Numbered from the stretch's first letter, positions 1 through 9,261 are shown. The stretch: DNA of 64,000 nt from Thermodesulfovibrionales bacterium (GCA_044450345.1 JBIOIY010000001.1:128001-192000); one strand, 5' to 3'. Program-made: numbers and translations. Notes: a model not told the origin generated them from the letters alone.

Positions 1-1498
1 TCTCCGGCCTGTGGATACGGATGCTCCCCCCGCCGATCTCGTAACCGTTCAGCACTATATCATAGGCCTTAGCCTTCAAAGAAGAAAGCACGACTTTATC
101 GTCCGCCTTCCCTTCGGTCATCTTACCGATATCTCCGTCGAGGGGAGAAGTAAACGGGTGGTGCATCGCCTGGAACCTTTCTTCTTCGTCGGCCCATTCA
201 AGGAGAGGAAAATCGAGTACCCATGCAAACCTGAACCCTTCCTGCACGAGATTCAGTTTCTTCCCGAGTTCCAGTCTCATGCGGCTCAGGACATCGTAGA
301 CCACCTTTGCCTTGTCGGCGACGAAGAGCATCAAATCGCCTTCCTCTGCCTCCAGTCTGGCCGAAATTTCCCTCAGCGCATCTTCCGGGAAAAATTTGGC
401 AATCGGTGACTCGAACCCGTTTTTCACCTTTATCCATGCAAGCCCCTTCGCCCCAAAGGACTGGGCCTCGGCAGTGAGCGTATCTATCTCTTTTCTCGAC
501 AGCCCCGCCATTCCCTTGCCGTTGATCGCCTTCACCATGCCCCCGCTCTGAAGAGCATCCAGAAAAACCTTGAACGTCCCCCTGGCGGCTAGATCGGCCA
601 TGTCCTTCAACTCGAGGCCGAACCTGAGATCGGGCTTGTCGTTGCCGAACCTGTCCATGGACTCCTGATAACCCAGCCTCTGGAATGGTATTTCGATCTC
701 GACATCGAGGACATTCTTGAAGAGCCTCTTCATCATTCCTTCGATGAGAGAGAGGACATCCTCTCTATTGATAAACGACATCTCAAGATCGACCTGGGTA
801 AATTCCGGCTGGCGGTCGGCCCGGAGGTCTTCGTCGCGGAAACACTTCACTATCTGAAAATACTTTTCCATGCCGGCGACCATCAGTATCTGTTTGAAAA
901 GCTGGGGAGATTGGGGCAACGCATAAAAATGTCCCGGGTTCAGACGGCTCGGCACGAGGTAATCGCGAGCGCCCTCGGGAGTGGACTTCGTAAGCATGGG
1001 GGTCTCGATCTCGATGAAGCCCTTCTCATCGAGGAAGTCCCTCATGGCCTTCGCGGCGCGGTGGCGCACGATCAGGTTCCGCTGCATCTCGGGTCTTCTC
1101 AGGTCGAGATACCGGTGTTTCAGCCGCAGGGCCTCACCTGCCTCCGCTGCTTCTTCCATACTATACGGCAGAGGCGCCGATTCGTTCAATACCTCAAAGG
1201 TCTGCACGTACAACTCGACCATGCCGGTCGGCATATTCGTGTTTTCAGTGCCTTCGGGCCTTCTCCTAATCTCTCCCGAGACCGTGATTACATATTCAGA
1301 CCGCAGGTCGTGGGCCCTCTCATGAGCCTCTGCCGCGACATCCGGGCTGAACACCACCTGGCATATGCCGCTTCTGTCCCTCAGGTCTATAAATATGAGT
1401 CCGCCGTGGTCCCTCCGTCTGAAGACCCATCCGGCGATGGTCATCGCGGAATTTATATCTGTCTCGCGGATTTCACCGCATCCCTTACTGCGAATCAT
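1..1498 (-). CDS. aspS: Aspartate--tRNA ligase, probably non-discriminating Asp/Asn type; 3' end outside the window
   Basis: Not in the ORF track because it runs off the edge. Manual translation from ATG 1498 (overlapping the rluB stop as ATGA) gives MIRSKGCGEIR..GWVFRRRDHGGLIFIDLRD, later YALPQSPQLFKQ, FRDEDLRADRQPEFTQ and YDIVLNGYEIGGGSIRIH. DHGG and PEG residues resemble non-discriminating AspRS. Confidence 0.96.
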   Translation of the reverse strand, partial: MIRSKGCGEIRETDINSAMTIAGWVFRRRDHGGLIFIDLRDRSGICQVVFSPDVAAEAHERAHDLRSEYVITVSGEIRRRPEGTENTNMPTGMVELYVQTFEVLNESAPLPYSMEEAAEAGEALRLKHRYLDLRRPEMQRNLIVRHRAAKAMRDFLDEKGFIEIETPMLTKSTPEGARDYLVPSRLNPGHFYALPQSPQLFKQILMVAGMEKYFQIVKCFRDEDLRADRQPEFTQVDLEMSFINREDVLSLIEGMMKRLFKNVLDVEIEIPFQRLGYQESMDRFGNDKPDLRFGLELKDMADLAARGTFKVFLDALQSGGMVKAINGKGMAGLSRKEIDTLTAEAQSFGAKGLAWIKVKNGFESPIAKFFPEDALREISARLEAEEGDLMLFVADKAKVVYDVLSRMRLELGKKLNLVQEGFRFAWVLDFPLLEWADEEERFQAMHHPFTSPLDGDIGKMTEGKADDKVVLSSLKAKAYDIVLNGYEIGGGSIRIHRPE

Positions 1499-2226
1499 GC
1501 CGCCTCCCATAGATGCAATTCCTTGCCGATCTTTTTCAATTCTTCCTGCGTGAGACGCCTGAACGCGCCCGGACCGAGTTCTCCCATCTCAAGACCGTTG
1601 ATCCTCACCCTCATCAGCCTTATGACAGGGTGCCCTACCCGTTCGAGCATCTTCCTGATCTGGCGCTTCCTGCCTTCGTATATAGTCATTTCGAGCCAGG
1701 AATTGTTCTCCGTCTTCCTGAGACGCTTCACCTTAGCGGGCGCGGTCATGACCCCGTCCAGCTTCATGCCCTTAGATAACTTTTCGATGTCTCCGTCCTC
1801 GAGGACCCCCTTGACCTTGACAAGATAGGTCTTCGGTATCTTCTTCGAAGGATGGAGGATAGCGTAGGCCAATTCGCCATCGTTAGTCAGGATGAGCATG
1901 CCTTCGGAATCATAATCGAGCCTTCCGACAGGGTAGACCCTCTGCTTGATCCCCCTAAGAAAATCATTCACCGTAGGCCTACCCTCCGGGTCGCTCATCG
2001 AGGTGACTACACCGCGTGGTTTGTTGAATATGTAATAGACCTTTTTTTCAGGCTGGGTCAGCAGCTTGCGGTCCACCTTGATGTGGTCCCTGAGCGGGTC
2101 GGCCTTCATCCCAATGACCGCGACCTGACCGTTTACCGTGACCCTCCCCTCTATAATCAATTCCTCTGCCTTCCTGCGGGAGGCGATGCCCATCTCTGCG
2201 ATGATCTTCTGAAGTCTCTGTTCCAT
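1495..2226 (-). CDS. rluB: RluB/RsuA-family rRNA pseudouridine synthase
   Basis: N-terminal S4 domain (RLQKIIA..SRRKAEELI..GRVTVNG), NKPRG, catalytic VGRLD, EGRKRQIRKM. Confidence 0.88.
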   Translation of the reverse strand: MEQRLQKIIAEMGIASRRKAEELIIEGRVTVNGQVAVIGMKADPLRDHIKVDRKLLTQPEKKVYYIFNKPRGVVTSMSDPEGRPTVNDFLRGIKQRVYPVGRLDYDSEGMLILTNDGELAYAILHPSKKIPKTYLVKVKGVLEDGDIEKLSKGMKLDGVMTAPAKVKRLRKTENNSWLEMTIYEGRKRQIRKMLERVGHPVIRLMRVRINGLEMGELGPGAFRRLTQEELKKIGKELHLWEAA

Positions 2227-2384
2227 AGGATATAAATAATACCATAAAGCTGGAGTTTTTCAGGGGATTTGGGATACTATCACTAAATTTCGGTATGGGT
2301 AATATGAACAGTCTTTGGGGGCGCCACAACGCTCCGCAGGTACCGTCTTACCTGATCATTCGTCGCTATCTACGGACTTCCCCA

Positions 2385-2834
2385 TTACTCGTCCCTCTCC
2401 TCCCCTTCGTTGCCGGGCGGCGGGAAGACTTTTTCTTCACGTTCCGAAGGACTCATCATTTCATGCTTTTCCTGACAGTCGACGCACCGTAGCGCAAAGG
2501 GCATCGCATTCAGTCTTCCTAAAGGGATATCCTCCTCACATTCATCACAGATGCCATATGTGCCTTCTTCTATCTTACGAAGGGCTTCTTCTATGTCTCT
2601 TAATTGCGACTGGTGTCGGGTCAATTTCGCGGCCTGCATTGCGTCCCTGAACGCAACATCCGCAAAATCCCCATCGTCGGAAACGCCGTTATACTTATCT
2701 TTTTCGTTCAGAATCTGATCTACTTCCGCTTTTGCCTCCAGGAGAATATCCCTTCGCATTCCGATCAATTTCCTTCGTACGCTGTCGAATTTATCGGCCC
2801 GCTCTTTATGCTTGACACCCTTATTCATTTCCAT
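2385..2834 (-). CDS. DksA/TraR-family C4 zinc-finger protein
   Basis: Coiled coil with DDGD tip, then GTYGICDEC..IPLGRL.AMP..LRCVDC. Confidence 0.9.
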   Translation of the reverse strand: MEMNKGVKHKERADKFDSVRRKLIGMRRDILLEAKAEVDQILNEKDKYNGVSDDGDFADVAFRDAMQAAKLTRHQSQLRDIEEALRKIEEGTYGICDECEEDIPLGRLNAMPFALRCVDCQEKHEMMSPSEREEKVFPPPGNEGEERDE

Positions 2835-3023
2835 ACCTTTCTATGAGTACCGGAAAATACGGACAAACCAGACAGCAACAAAGACCTGTGTGGTTCATAG
2901 TATAACAGTTTTCACGATTGCCGATACAAATAATGCCAGCGAGGAGGCGATGCATTGCCCGATCTTCTCAGCATTTTTTTTGTCCTGCTTTTTTTGCAAC
3001 GGACAAAATATCGCGTAGAGAAG

Positions 3024-3158
3024 TGAAGAACCCTGCGGCACCAACAGTAGGGGCCTTAGGCCAGACCGCAGGGTATCTTAACGCAAGGATATCTTTTTAT
3101 CATATTCGCTCGCCAACCCCGCAGCAATCAACGGGGAATGCGCTCGCTATCCGTTTCA
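3024..3158. repeat. Two-hairpin palindromic repeat, family A, copy 1
   Basis: Reverse complement aligns with 9149-9261. TGAA...TTCA ends, with hairpins CCCTGCGG/CCGCAGGG and an imperfect CCCCG..CGGGG. Confidence 0.85.
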
Positions 3159-3335
3159 CTTTACAGATATCTTCATGCCTTCCCTGAGCGCCCCGTCCAG
3201 ACCGATCTCGTTGCCCCACTCGTCATAGGTCTTCTTCTGACCTATCTCGCCGAGCAGTCCTGCACCTATCAGGGCGTGCCTGACCGTCATGCCCGTCAGG
3301 ACGTCGACAGGAATATCATTCACATACACTTTCAT
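3156..3335 (-). CDS. Small 59-aa protein with a ThiS/beta-grasp-like N-terminus
   Basis: Below the ORF-track cutoff. Translation MKVYVNDIPVDVLTGMTVRHALIGAGLLGEIGQKKTYDEWGNEIGLDGALREGMKISVK*. Co-oriented and 38 nt after the nucleotidase stop, with codon usage like neighbouring genes. Confidence 0.75.
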   Translation of the reverse strand: MKVYVNDIPVDVLTGMTVRHALIGAGLLGEIGQKKTYDEWGNEIGLDGALREGMKISVK

Positions 3336-3373
3336 CGCATCTTTAATAACGTATCACGGGACAGGCAAAACCC

Positions 3374-4912
3374 TCAGTAGGCTTCCTTAATCCTGCCCTC
3401 GACCGCGGGCTCAATCCTCTTGTGCTCCTTAATGTATTCGATAACCGCGTCCCTCAGCCATCTCCCCGAATCGTTGTACACGAGTCTCCCGCCTTTCATC
3501 ATGCCGCCGACTGCCGCAAAGTCCTTTGACTCTCTGACCGCAGCGCCAAACACTGTATATCCGTCGCCCCCTGCCGCGAGGAAGTCGTTCGTTGCAACGA
3601 CATATTCTCTGCCGGGATCGGCCTGACGTCCATCGACGACGATCTCCCGGACCCTCGACCCCGCCGGCGCGGATGGATCAAAAGAAAAAACAATGCCTGA
3701 CACCTGGGGGAATCTTCCCTCGCCTTGTTCGATCGCAGACACACCATGTTCCAGCGCCTGCCTGAGCTGAGTACCCGTCAGCTTGACGGCGACGACATAA
3801 TTGTCGAAGGGCAGAACCGAATAGACGTCCTTCACCCGTATCGGACCTCTGTTGATACTGGTCCTTATCCCGCCGCCGTTTATTATTGCGGCATCGGCTC
3901 CCGACATCTGCCTCATGATGTCGGCAATGAGGTCCCCGAGATTTGTTTCTCTCTTCCTGACGTTCTCGCCGTCGAGGTCGACCCCAGCCGTTCCGATAAC
4001 TTCACCGAGAGCGGCATCGGCCTTCCTTTCATATTTATCGACTATCGCAATTACCGTCTTGTCCTCTCTTCCAGGGGAGGGTACGATCTCATCAAGTCTT
4101 CCTGTAAATCCGACGACCTTACCGTCCTCGACGGAAAGATCGAGCACTCCGAGCGCCTTTCCATGCTCCCACGCCTGAACTATAATCGTATCGCCAACAG
4201 TCGCGGGCCTGTCCAATTTTGTGTGAGAATGCCCCCCTACGATAACATTTATCCCCTTTATGTCTTCGGCAAGCGCCCTGTCTGCGGCATACCCTGTATG
4301 GGAGAGTACGATTATGACATCGACGGTTCCCTTCAGTTCTCCCGTATACCTGAGTACCGACTCTGCGGGTGATTTAAATTTCAGTCCCGCTACATTCCTG
4401 GGATGGGTCGCTATCGGGGTGTCTTCAGTCACCACGCCTATTATCCCCACTCTCAGGCCGCCTATTTCTCTTACCACATAGGGTTTGAGTGAACCAAGAC
4501 CCTCGACGTTTGCGCCGAGCACAGGAAATTTTGCCTCGGCTATCCTTTTCCTGAGAACATCCTGCCCGAAGTCGAATTCATGATTGCCCACTACCATCGC
4601 ATCGAATCTCATAGCGTTCATCATCTCGATAGCGGACCCTCCCTTGAAAAAGTTCGCCCAGTTGTTGCCCTGTATCATGTCTCCCGCGGCCAGCAGGAGC
4701 GACGGCATCTCTGCGCGGAGCCTCCGGACTTCACCGGCAAGATATGCGATGCCCCCTTGAAGCTCATCAGAACCGAGCGGCTTGTACGGCTCTGCAAAGC
4801 CGTGAAAATCATTCACATAAAGTATCCTGAGGACATGCTGTTCACCCCCTGCCGGTGTAAGAAAAAAAAAGAAAAGCATCAACGAAATCAAAACCGGTAT
4901 AAACCGCTTCAT
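3374..4912 (-). CDS. Secreted 5'-nucleotidase / UDP-sugar hydrolase (UshA family)
   Basis: Signal peptide; metallophosphoesterase motifs NDFHG, AGD, GNHEFDFG, LSH, GGHSH; C-terminal NGGGIR, LPFDN, GGDGY. Confidence 0.92.
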   Translation of the reverse strand: MKRFIPVLISLMLFFFFLTPAGGEQHVLRILYVNDFHGFAEPYKPLGSDELQGGIAYLAGEVRRLRAEMPSLLLAAGDMIQGNNWANFFKGGSAIEMMNAMRFDAMVVGNHEFDFGQDVLRKRIAEAKFPVLGANVEGLGSLKPYVVREIGGLRVGIIGVVTEDTPIATHPRNVAGLKFKSPAESVLRYTGELKGTVDVIIVLSHTGYAADRALAEDIKGINVIVGGHSHTKLDRPATVGDTIIVQAWEHGKALGVLDLSVEDGKVVGFTGRLDEIVPSPGREDKTVIAIVDKYERKADAALGEVIGTAGVDLDGENVRKRETNLGDLIADIMRQMSGADAAIINGGGIRTSINRGPIRVKDVYSVLPFDNYVVAVKLTGTQLRQALEHGVSAIEQGEGRFPQVSGIVFSFDPSAPAGSRVREIVVDGRQADPGREYVVATNDFLAAGGDGYTVFGAAVRESKDFAAVGGMMKGGRLVYNDSGRWLRDAVIEYIKEHKRIEPAVEGRIKEAY

Positions 4913-4960
4913 TAAAACCCCCGCACAAAGATAATTTCTTTACACTATAAAATAAATGAA

Positions 4961-5115
4961 AGGATGTGGAAAAGTCATTGAACCCCGCCTCTCCCCCTCT
5001 TAAGATAAGAGGGGGTTAAGGGGAGTTATGATTTCTGAAGGGGGACACAGAGGGGTGGATTCCCGTTTTCACGGGAATGACATCTAAGGGCCGAAATAGA
5101 TTTTTTCAACAACCT
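4961..5115. mobile_element. MITE-like element with imperfect terminal inverted repeats and nested REP-like hairpins
   Basis: Left end AGGATGTGGAAAA against the reverse complement of the right end, AGGTTGTTGAAAA (11/13 match). Contains CCCCCTCTTAAGATAAGAGGGGG and ATTCCCGTTTTCACGGGAAT hairpins. Confidence 0.6.
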
Positions 5116-5184
5116 GCTAAAGATAGAGACATGCGCCGAAATCGGGGAGATTCATTCGGACAGATGCACTCTCTGCATCGTTTC

Positions 5185-5231
5185 AAAAAAAGAAAGGGCG
5201 TACCTCATATAAGGCACGCCCTTCTTTTTTT
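5185..5231. terminator. Intrinsic terminator, bidirectional architecture
   Basis: A-tract, AAGGGCGT...ACGCCCTT stem, T-tract; lies downstream of the zinc-ribbon gene. Confidence 0.75.
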
Positions 5232-5242
5232 CTTCTTCTTAG

Positions 5243-5259
5243 GAGACCCGACCGGTCTC
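5243..5259 (-). promoter_or_regulatory. Candidate bacterial SECIS hairpin
   Basis: Minus strand GAGACC-GGTCG-GGTCTC; the G-initiated loop begins 22 nt after the in-frame UGA. Confidence 0.55.
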
Positions 5260-5449
5260 AGCAACCCCTGGGGCTTCAGCCGCCGCCCGAAAACAGACTG
5301 CTCATCTCCGAAAAACTAAGGGCACCTGACAATTTCAGCTGCTTCTCGCCGCATTTCGGACAGGCCTCCTTTTGAAGTTCAAGATCATTGTCGAGCGCTG
5401 TTGCAAACTCGCTCCCGCATTTCTGACATTTACACCTGTTATATGACAT
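5258..5449 (-). CDS. FmdB-like zinc-ribbon protein; probable selenoprotein with in-frame TGA at 5276-5278
   Basis: AAGGAGG 7 nt before ATG 5449; CQKC...CPKC; ends SGGG-TGA-SPRGC-TGA with a downstream SECIS-like hairpin. Without readthrough the CDS ends at 5276. Confidence 0.75.
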
Positions 5450-5820
5450 CACGTAATCCTCCTTAATAAACCAAATGTTACCTAGTTGCACTGTTGCACA
5501 ATTATAACATACTTCTTCCGTAAAATCACTCTTCTTCTCCGCCCCTTCATTTTTAGACTCTAATTCTTCACCCTTCAACGGACAAACCCGGTCCTTAAAA
5601 AACTCATACTACAGCAGCGGCACAGCAACAAGCGTCAGGACGATCGCCGCAACGGCACCGAACATAATCACGGAGGATCTCACGTATGTGCCCTTCTGCA
5701 TAGCAGGCACCATTCGCACAGCCAACGCCGACATGACGTAGATGATGGCAAATGGAGGAATTGCGGAATGGCTTATATTGCAAAAGCCCGGGGATATGTG
5801 GAAAATGTATAGGTAACACA

Positions 5821-6966
5821 ATGAAAAAACTTTTTTTAATCACCATTATCATACTCACTGCGGCAATGCCACTTTCTGCTGAAAAAACAGCGGACGTGTC
5901 TTTGAGGTATAGCAGACAGGACACAGCAGTGCGCATCGTACTCGAGGCGGGTGAAGACCTCATAAAGAACTCTAAAATCTCGGTTTCCTTGGCTGCAATA
6001 AAAGTAGATTTTCCCCTCGCGTTCGAGATCATAAAACCGAAGGATTTTTTCTATGAGACTGCAAAAAAGGACCGTTCCTTTTACATCTTTTTGAAAGACG
6101 TCACCGATGTAAAATCATACCGGCTTGCCGGTCCGTCGAGACTCGTTTTCGATCTCACACTGGTCGCAAAGGCCCAGAAAGAGGCGGCGCCGAGACCCGA
6201 CCAGAAGACCGTTCAATCAACAGGACCTCTGGTGAGCCCCGGGCCTCCGGCCCCGCAGCCGCCCCAGGCCGGGCAGAAACAGCAGCCTGCACCGTCAACA
6301 GGACCTCTGGTGAGCCCCGGGCCTCCGGCCCTGCAGCCGCCCCAGGCCGGGCAGAAACAGCAGCCCGCACCGTCGCCTGCCCAACCGGCGGAAAAGACTC
6401 GTAAAAGAAAAGTGATCGTCCTTGACCCTGGTCACGGCGGCTACGATTATGGCATCATATCTCAGGACGCCAGGGAGAAGGATGTCAACCTCGCCTTATC
6501 AAAAGACCTGAGCGCAGCAATGGCAAAGAAGGGGTTGACGGTCTTTCTTGACCGCAAGGTCGACCAGTCGGTTTCACTCAGCGAAAGAATACATTTTTCG
6601 AACGCCAAGAACCCCGATATTTTCATCAGCATCCACGCTGCCTCATGGAACGGCTTCGCGATCTATGTCTCTTCGGCCGAAGACGTAAATATCGACGCGG
6701 CGGCCAGGCTCTACAGCCTATCATCACGACAGATCAAGTATCTCGCCGGCAGCAAAGAGGCTGCAAGGGTGATCGCTGACAGTCTGAAAAAAGAATTCAA
6801 CGTCGAAGTAGTAATGAGAGAACTGTCCCTGCCCGTCCTCAATTCTCTCAATGCACCGGCAATTATGATAGAATATCCTTCCCTGAAATCGTACGCGTCA
6901 GACCAAAAAATGCGCGAAAGGTTTGTCGGTTCAATCATGAAAGGCATCGCCGCTTATGAACAATAA
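5821..6966 (+). CDS. N-acetylmuramoyl-L-alanine amidase (Amidase_3) with AMIN-like N-domain
   Basis: Signal peptide from ATG 5821 (MKKLFLIT); PSRLVFDL; zinc and catalytic motifs LDPGHGG, REKD, FISIHA, IMIE. Confidence 0.9.
   Translation: MKKLFLITIIILTAAMPLSAEKTADVSLRYSRQDTAVRIVLEAGEDLIKNSKISVSLAAIKVDFPLAFEIIKPKDFFYETAKKDRSFYIFLKDVTDVKSYRLAGPSRLVFDLTLVAKAQKEAAPRPDQKTVQSTGPLVSPGPPAPQPPQAGQKQQPAPSTGPLVSPGPPALQPPQAGQKQQPAPSPAQPAEKTRKRKVIVLDPGHGGYDYGIISQDAREKDVNLALSKDLSAAMAKKGLTVFLDRKVDQSVSLSERIHFSNAKNPDIFISIHAASWNGFAIYVSSAEDVNIDAAARLYSLSSRQIKYLAGSKEAARVIADSLKKEFNVEVVMRELSLPVLNSLNAPAIMIEYPSLKSYASDQKMRERFVGSIMKGIAAYEQ
6217..6372 (+). repeat. In-frame 78-bp tandem duplication (2 x 26 aa Pro/Gln linker)
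   Basis: STGPLVSPGPPA(P/L)QPPQAGQKQQPAP twice, at 6217-6294 and 6295-6372, nearly identical. Confidence 0.95.
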
Positions 6967-7549
6967 AAAAATCTGGGCCGTACTGGTCGTCTTATTCTTT
7001 CTGGCAGGTGCGTCGGGCGGCTACTTTCTCTTTCATAAATTCGCTGCAAAGGAGATTCCCCCGTCCCAGGCGTCTCTTCAGGGAGACGTTCCCCCGGGTA
7101 CTGAGGATGTCGTTGCGCTCAGACTTTATTACCCCGTCGACAACCGGATAGACCTGGTCGAAAAAAAAGTGCCGAGGAGGACAAAGCAGATGGCAATGGC
7201 AGGCGCCGTCATCGAGGAATACTTCAAGGGTCCCGGCAACGACAAATCTTCCCGGATCCCCCAGAACGTAAAACTGCTCGGTCTATACAAAGACTCTTCA
7301 CAGATGCTGTATGTGGACCTTTCCGATGAACTGCGCAGAAATTTTCAGGGCGACGCATTGACCGAATATCTTCTTCTTAAGGGCCTATACGAAAGCCTTA
7401 TCTCGAACCTCCAGGATGTCCAGGATATCAAGATACTCATTGAAGGGAAAGAGGCCGAAACGCTGGGAGGTCATCTCTATCTTAAGTATCCCTTAAAGAA
7501 CACCGTGGTTTATGAGTATAAAGGCGACTCAAAGGTCTCCGATGATTGA
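6956..7549 (+). CDS. GerMN domain-containing membrane-anchored protein
   Basis: N-terminal TM helix; LYY, GP....IP..VKLL, LYVDLS, ILIEG...ETLGGH; usual position between amidase and murI. Confidence 0.85.
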   Translation: MNNKKIWAVLVVLFFLAGASGGYFLFHKFAAKEIPPSQASLQGDVPPGTEDVVALRLYYPVDNRIDLVEKKVPRRTKQMAMAGAVIEEYFKGPGNDKSSRIPQNVKLLGLYKDSSQMLYVDLSDELRRNFQGDALTEYLLLKGLYESLISNLQDVQDIKILIEGKEAETLGGHLYLKYPLKNTVVYEYKGDSKVSDD

Positions 7550-8357
7550 GAATACACAACCGATAGGAGTGTTCGATTCGGGTATCGGGGGATTGACAGT
7601 GCTGAAGGAGATACTCAGTGAACTACCCCTTGAGAGCACGGTCTATCTCGGCGACACGGCCAGGGTGCCCTACGGCATAAGGTCCCCGGAAACCGTTACG
7701 CGGTATTCCTTCGAAAATACCAGGTTCCTCTCTTCCAAGGGAATAAAAATGCTTGTGGTGGCATGCAACACGGTCTCGGCGGTCAGTCTTGAAGCGATCA
7801 AAAGGTCCCTCGGAATTCCCGTCATCGGCGTCATAGAGCCGGGCGCAAAGGCCGCGGTGAACGCGACAAAGAACAAACGAGTGGGTGTGATAGGAACATC
7901 GGCCACGATCAGAAGCAGTTCCTATACAAAGGCGATACAGGCGCTTGACCCCTCGGTCGAAGTCTTCGCGCTCCCCTGCCCTCTTTTTGTGCCCCTCGTA
8001 GAGGAGGGCTGGACTGACGGCCCCATTGTCGAGATGACGGCGGAACGATACCTCAGGGCGATAAGGGAAAAGGCGGTCGATACGCTCGTCCTCGGCTGCA
8101 CCCATTATCCGCTTCTAAAAACCGTTTTATCTATGGTTATGGGGAGAGGCGTAAGACTCATAGACTCTGCGATAGAAACCGCGGGCGAGATAAAGAAAAC
8201 CCTCGGCGGCATTTCCCTCCTCAATACGTCTGAAGGCAGCGCCTCCCGGGAATTTTACGTGACGGATTCGCCCGATAAATTCATCGAGATCGGTGAACGG
8301 TTTCTGGGCAGAAAGATCGATTTTATAAAAAAAATCGAATTAGGACCGGAGGTATAA
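7542..8357 (+). CDS. murI: Glutamate racemase
   Basis: IGVFDSGIGGLTV, VACNT, LGCTHYP; ATG 7542 overlaps the upstream gene end. Confidence 0.96.
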   Translation: MIENTQPIGVFDSGIGGLTVLKEILSELPLESTVYLGDTARVPYGIRSPETVTRYSFENTRFLSSKGIKMLVVACNTVSAVSLEAIKRSLGIPVIGVIEPGAKAAVNATKNKRVGVIGTSATIRSSSYTKAIQALDPSVEVFALPCPLFVPLVEEGWTDGPIVEMTAERYLRAIREKAVDTLVLGCTHYPLLKTVLSMVMGRGVRLIDSAIETAGEIKKTLGGISLLNTSEGSASREFYVTDSPDKFIEIGERFLGRKIDFIKKIELGPEV

Positions 8358-8360
8358 CTC

Positions 8361-9098
8361 ATGCGGCCTGACGGCAGACAGTACAACGAATTACGCGAAG
8401 TAAAAATAACACGCGATTTTATCAGCACCGCCGAGGGCTCTGCACTTATAGAACTCGGGAGGACGCGCGTCATTTGTACGGCGACCGTCGAAGACAAGGT
8501 GCCTCTTTTTCTCAAGGACCAGAACAGGGGATGGGTAACGGCAGAATATTCAATGCTTCCCAGGGCGACCCAGACAAGGACTATGCGGGAGTCGACCGCA
8601 GGGAGAATCAGCGGCCGGACCCATGAGATCCAAAGACTGATCGGAAGGTCTTTGAGGTCCGTTGTCGACCTCGGGAGCATCGGCCAGAGGACATTCTGGA
8701 TTGATTGCGACGTCATCCAGGCGGATGGAGGCACAAGGACCGCGGCGATTACAGGCGCCTTTATCTGCCTCGCCGACGCCTGCGGGTTGGCTGTGAGGAA
8801 AGGGCTTCTTCAGAAGAACCCTATAAAGGACTATCTTGCGGCAGTCAGCGTCGGCATAGTCAATGGAGAAAATATGCTCGACCTCTGCTATCAGGAAGAC
8901 TCTTCCGCCGACGTAGACATGAACATCGTAATGACCGGGAAAGGACAGCTTGTCGAGATCCAGGGGACGGCGGAGGCCCACCCTTTTTCGACGGAGACCC
9001 TCGGCAATCTCATTGCGTTATCCAAGGAAGGCATCGCCAGAATGATCTCACTTCAAAAAGGTCTGATCGCGGACGGTCCTTATCCCCTGTCCATTTGA
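8361..9098 (+). CDS. rph: Ribonuclease PH
   Basis: [51 protein letters not shown]. Confidence 0.97.
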   Translation: MRPDGRQYNELREVKITRDFISTAEGSALIELGRTRVICTATVEDKVPLFLKDQNRGWVTAEYSMLPRATQTRTMRESTAGRISGRTHEIQRLIGRSLRSVVDLGSIGQRTFWIDCDVIQADGGTRTAAITGAFICLADACGLAVRKGLLQKNPIKDYLAAVSVGIVNGENMLDLCYQEDSSADVDMNIVMTGKGQLVEIQGTAEAHPFSTETLGNLIALSKEGIARMISLQKGLIADGPYPLSI

Positions 9099-9148
9099 GC
9101 AACGGTACCCTTGCATACATGCGGCCCCGGGAACGTCATTAAGAGGCT

Positions 9149-9261
9149 TGAATCGGCCAGCGAGCGCATTCCCCGCGGCTTGCTGCGGGGTTAGCGAGCG
9201 AATATTATTAAGAAGAATTCCTTGCGCTAAGAACCCTGCGGTCTTGCCGCAGGGTTCTTCA
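9149..9261. repeat. Two-hairpin palindromic repeat, family A, copy 2
   Basis: CCCCGCGGCTTGCTGCGGGG and AAGAACCCTGCGG-TCTTG-CCGCAGGGTTCTT hairpins; homologous to 3024-3158 in the opposite orientation. Confidence 0.85.

Noticed and set aside
11..1828. Plus-strand ORFs 11-409, 911-1828 and many similar long antisense ORFs elsewhere (e.g. 9563-10573, 10032-11198, 21661-22500)
   Set aside because: They shadow well-supported genes on the opposite strand and show no recognisable motifs.
5258..5260. Second TGA of the zinc-ribbon gene as another selenocysteine
   Set aside because: It lies at the base of the hairpin, too close to the loop, and the following frame runs into the terminator; treated as the stop.
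5609..5821. Hydrophobic 70-aa minus-strand ORF between the zinc-ribbon gene and the amidase
   Set aside because: No convincing start or SD, and it overlaps the amidase upstream region. It could be a membrane-gene remnant but I cannot assign it.
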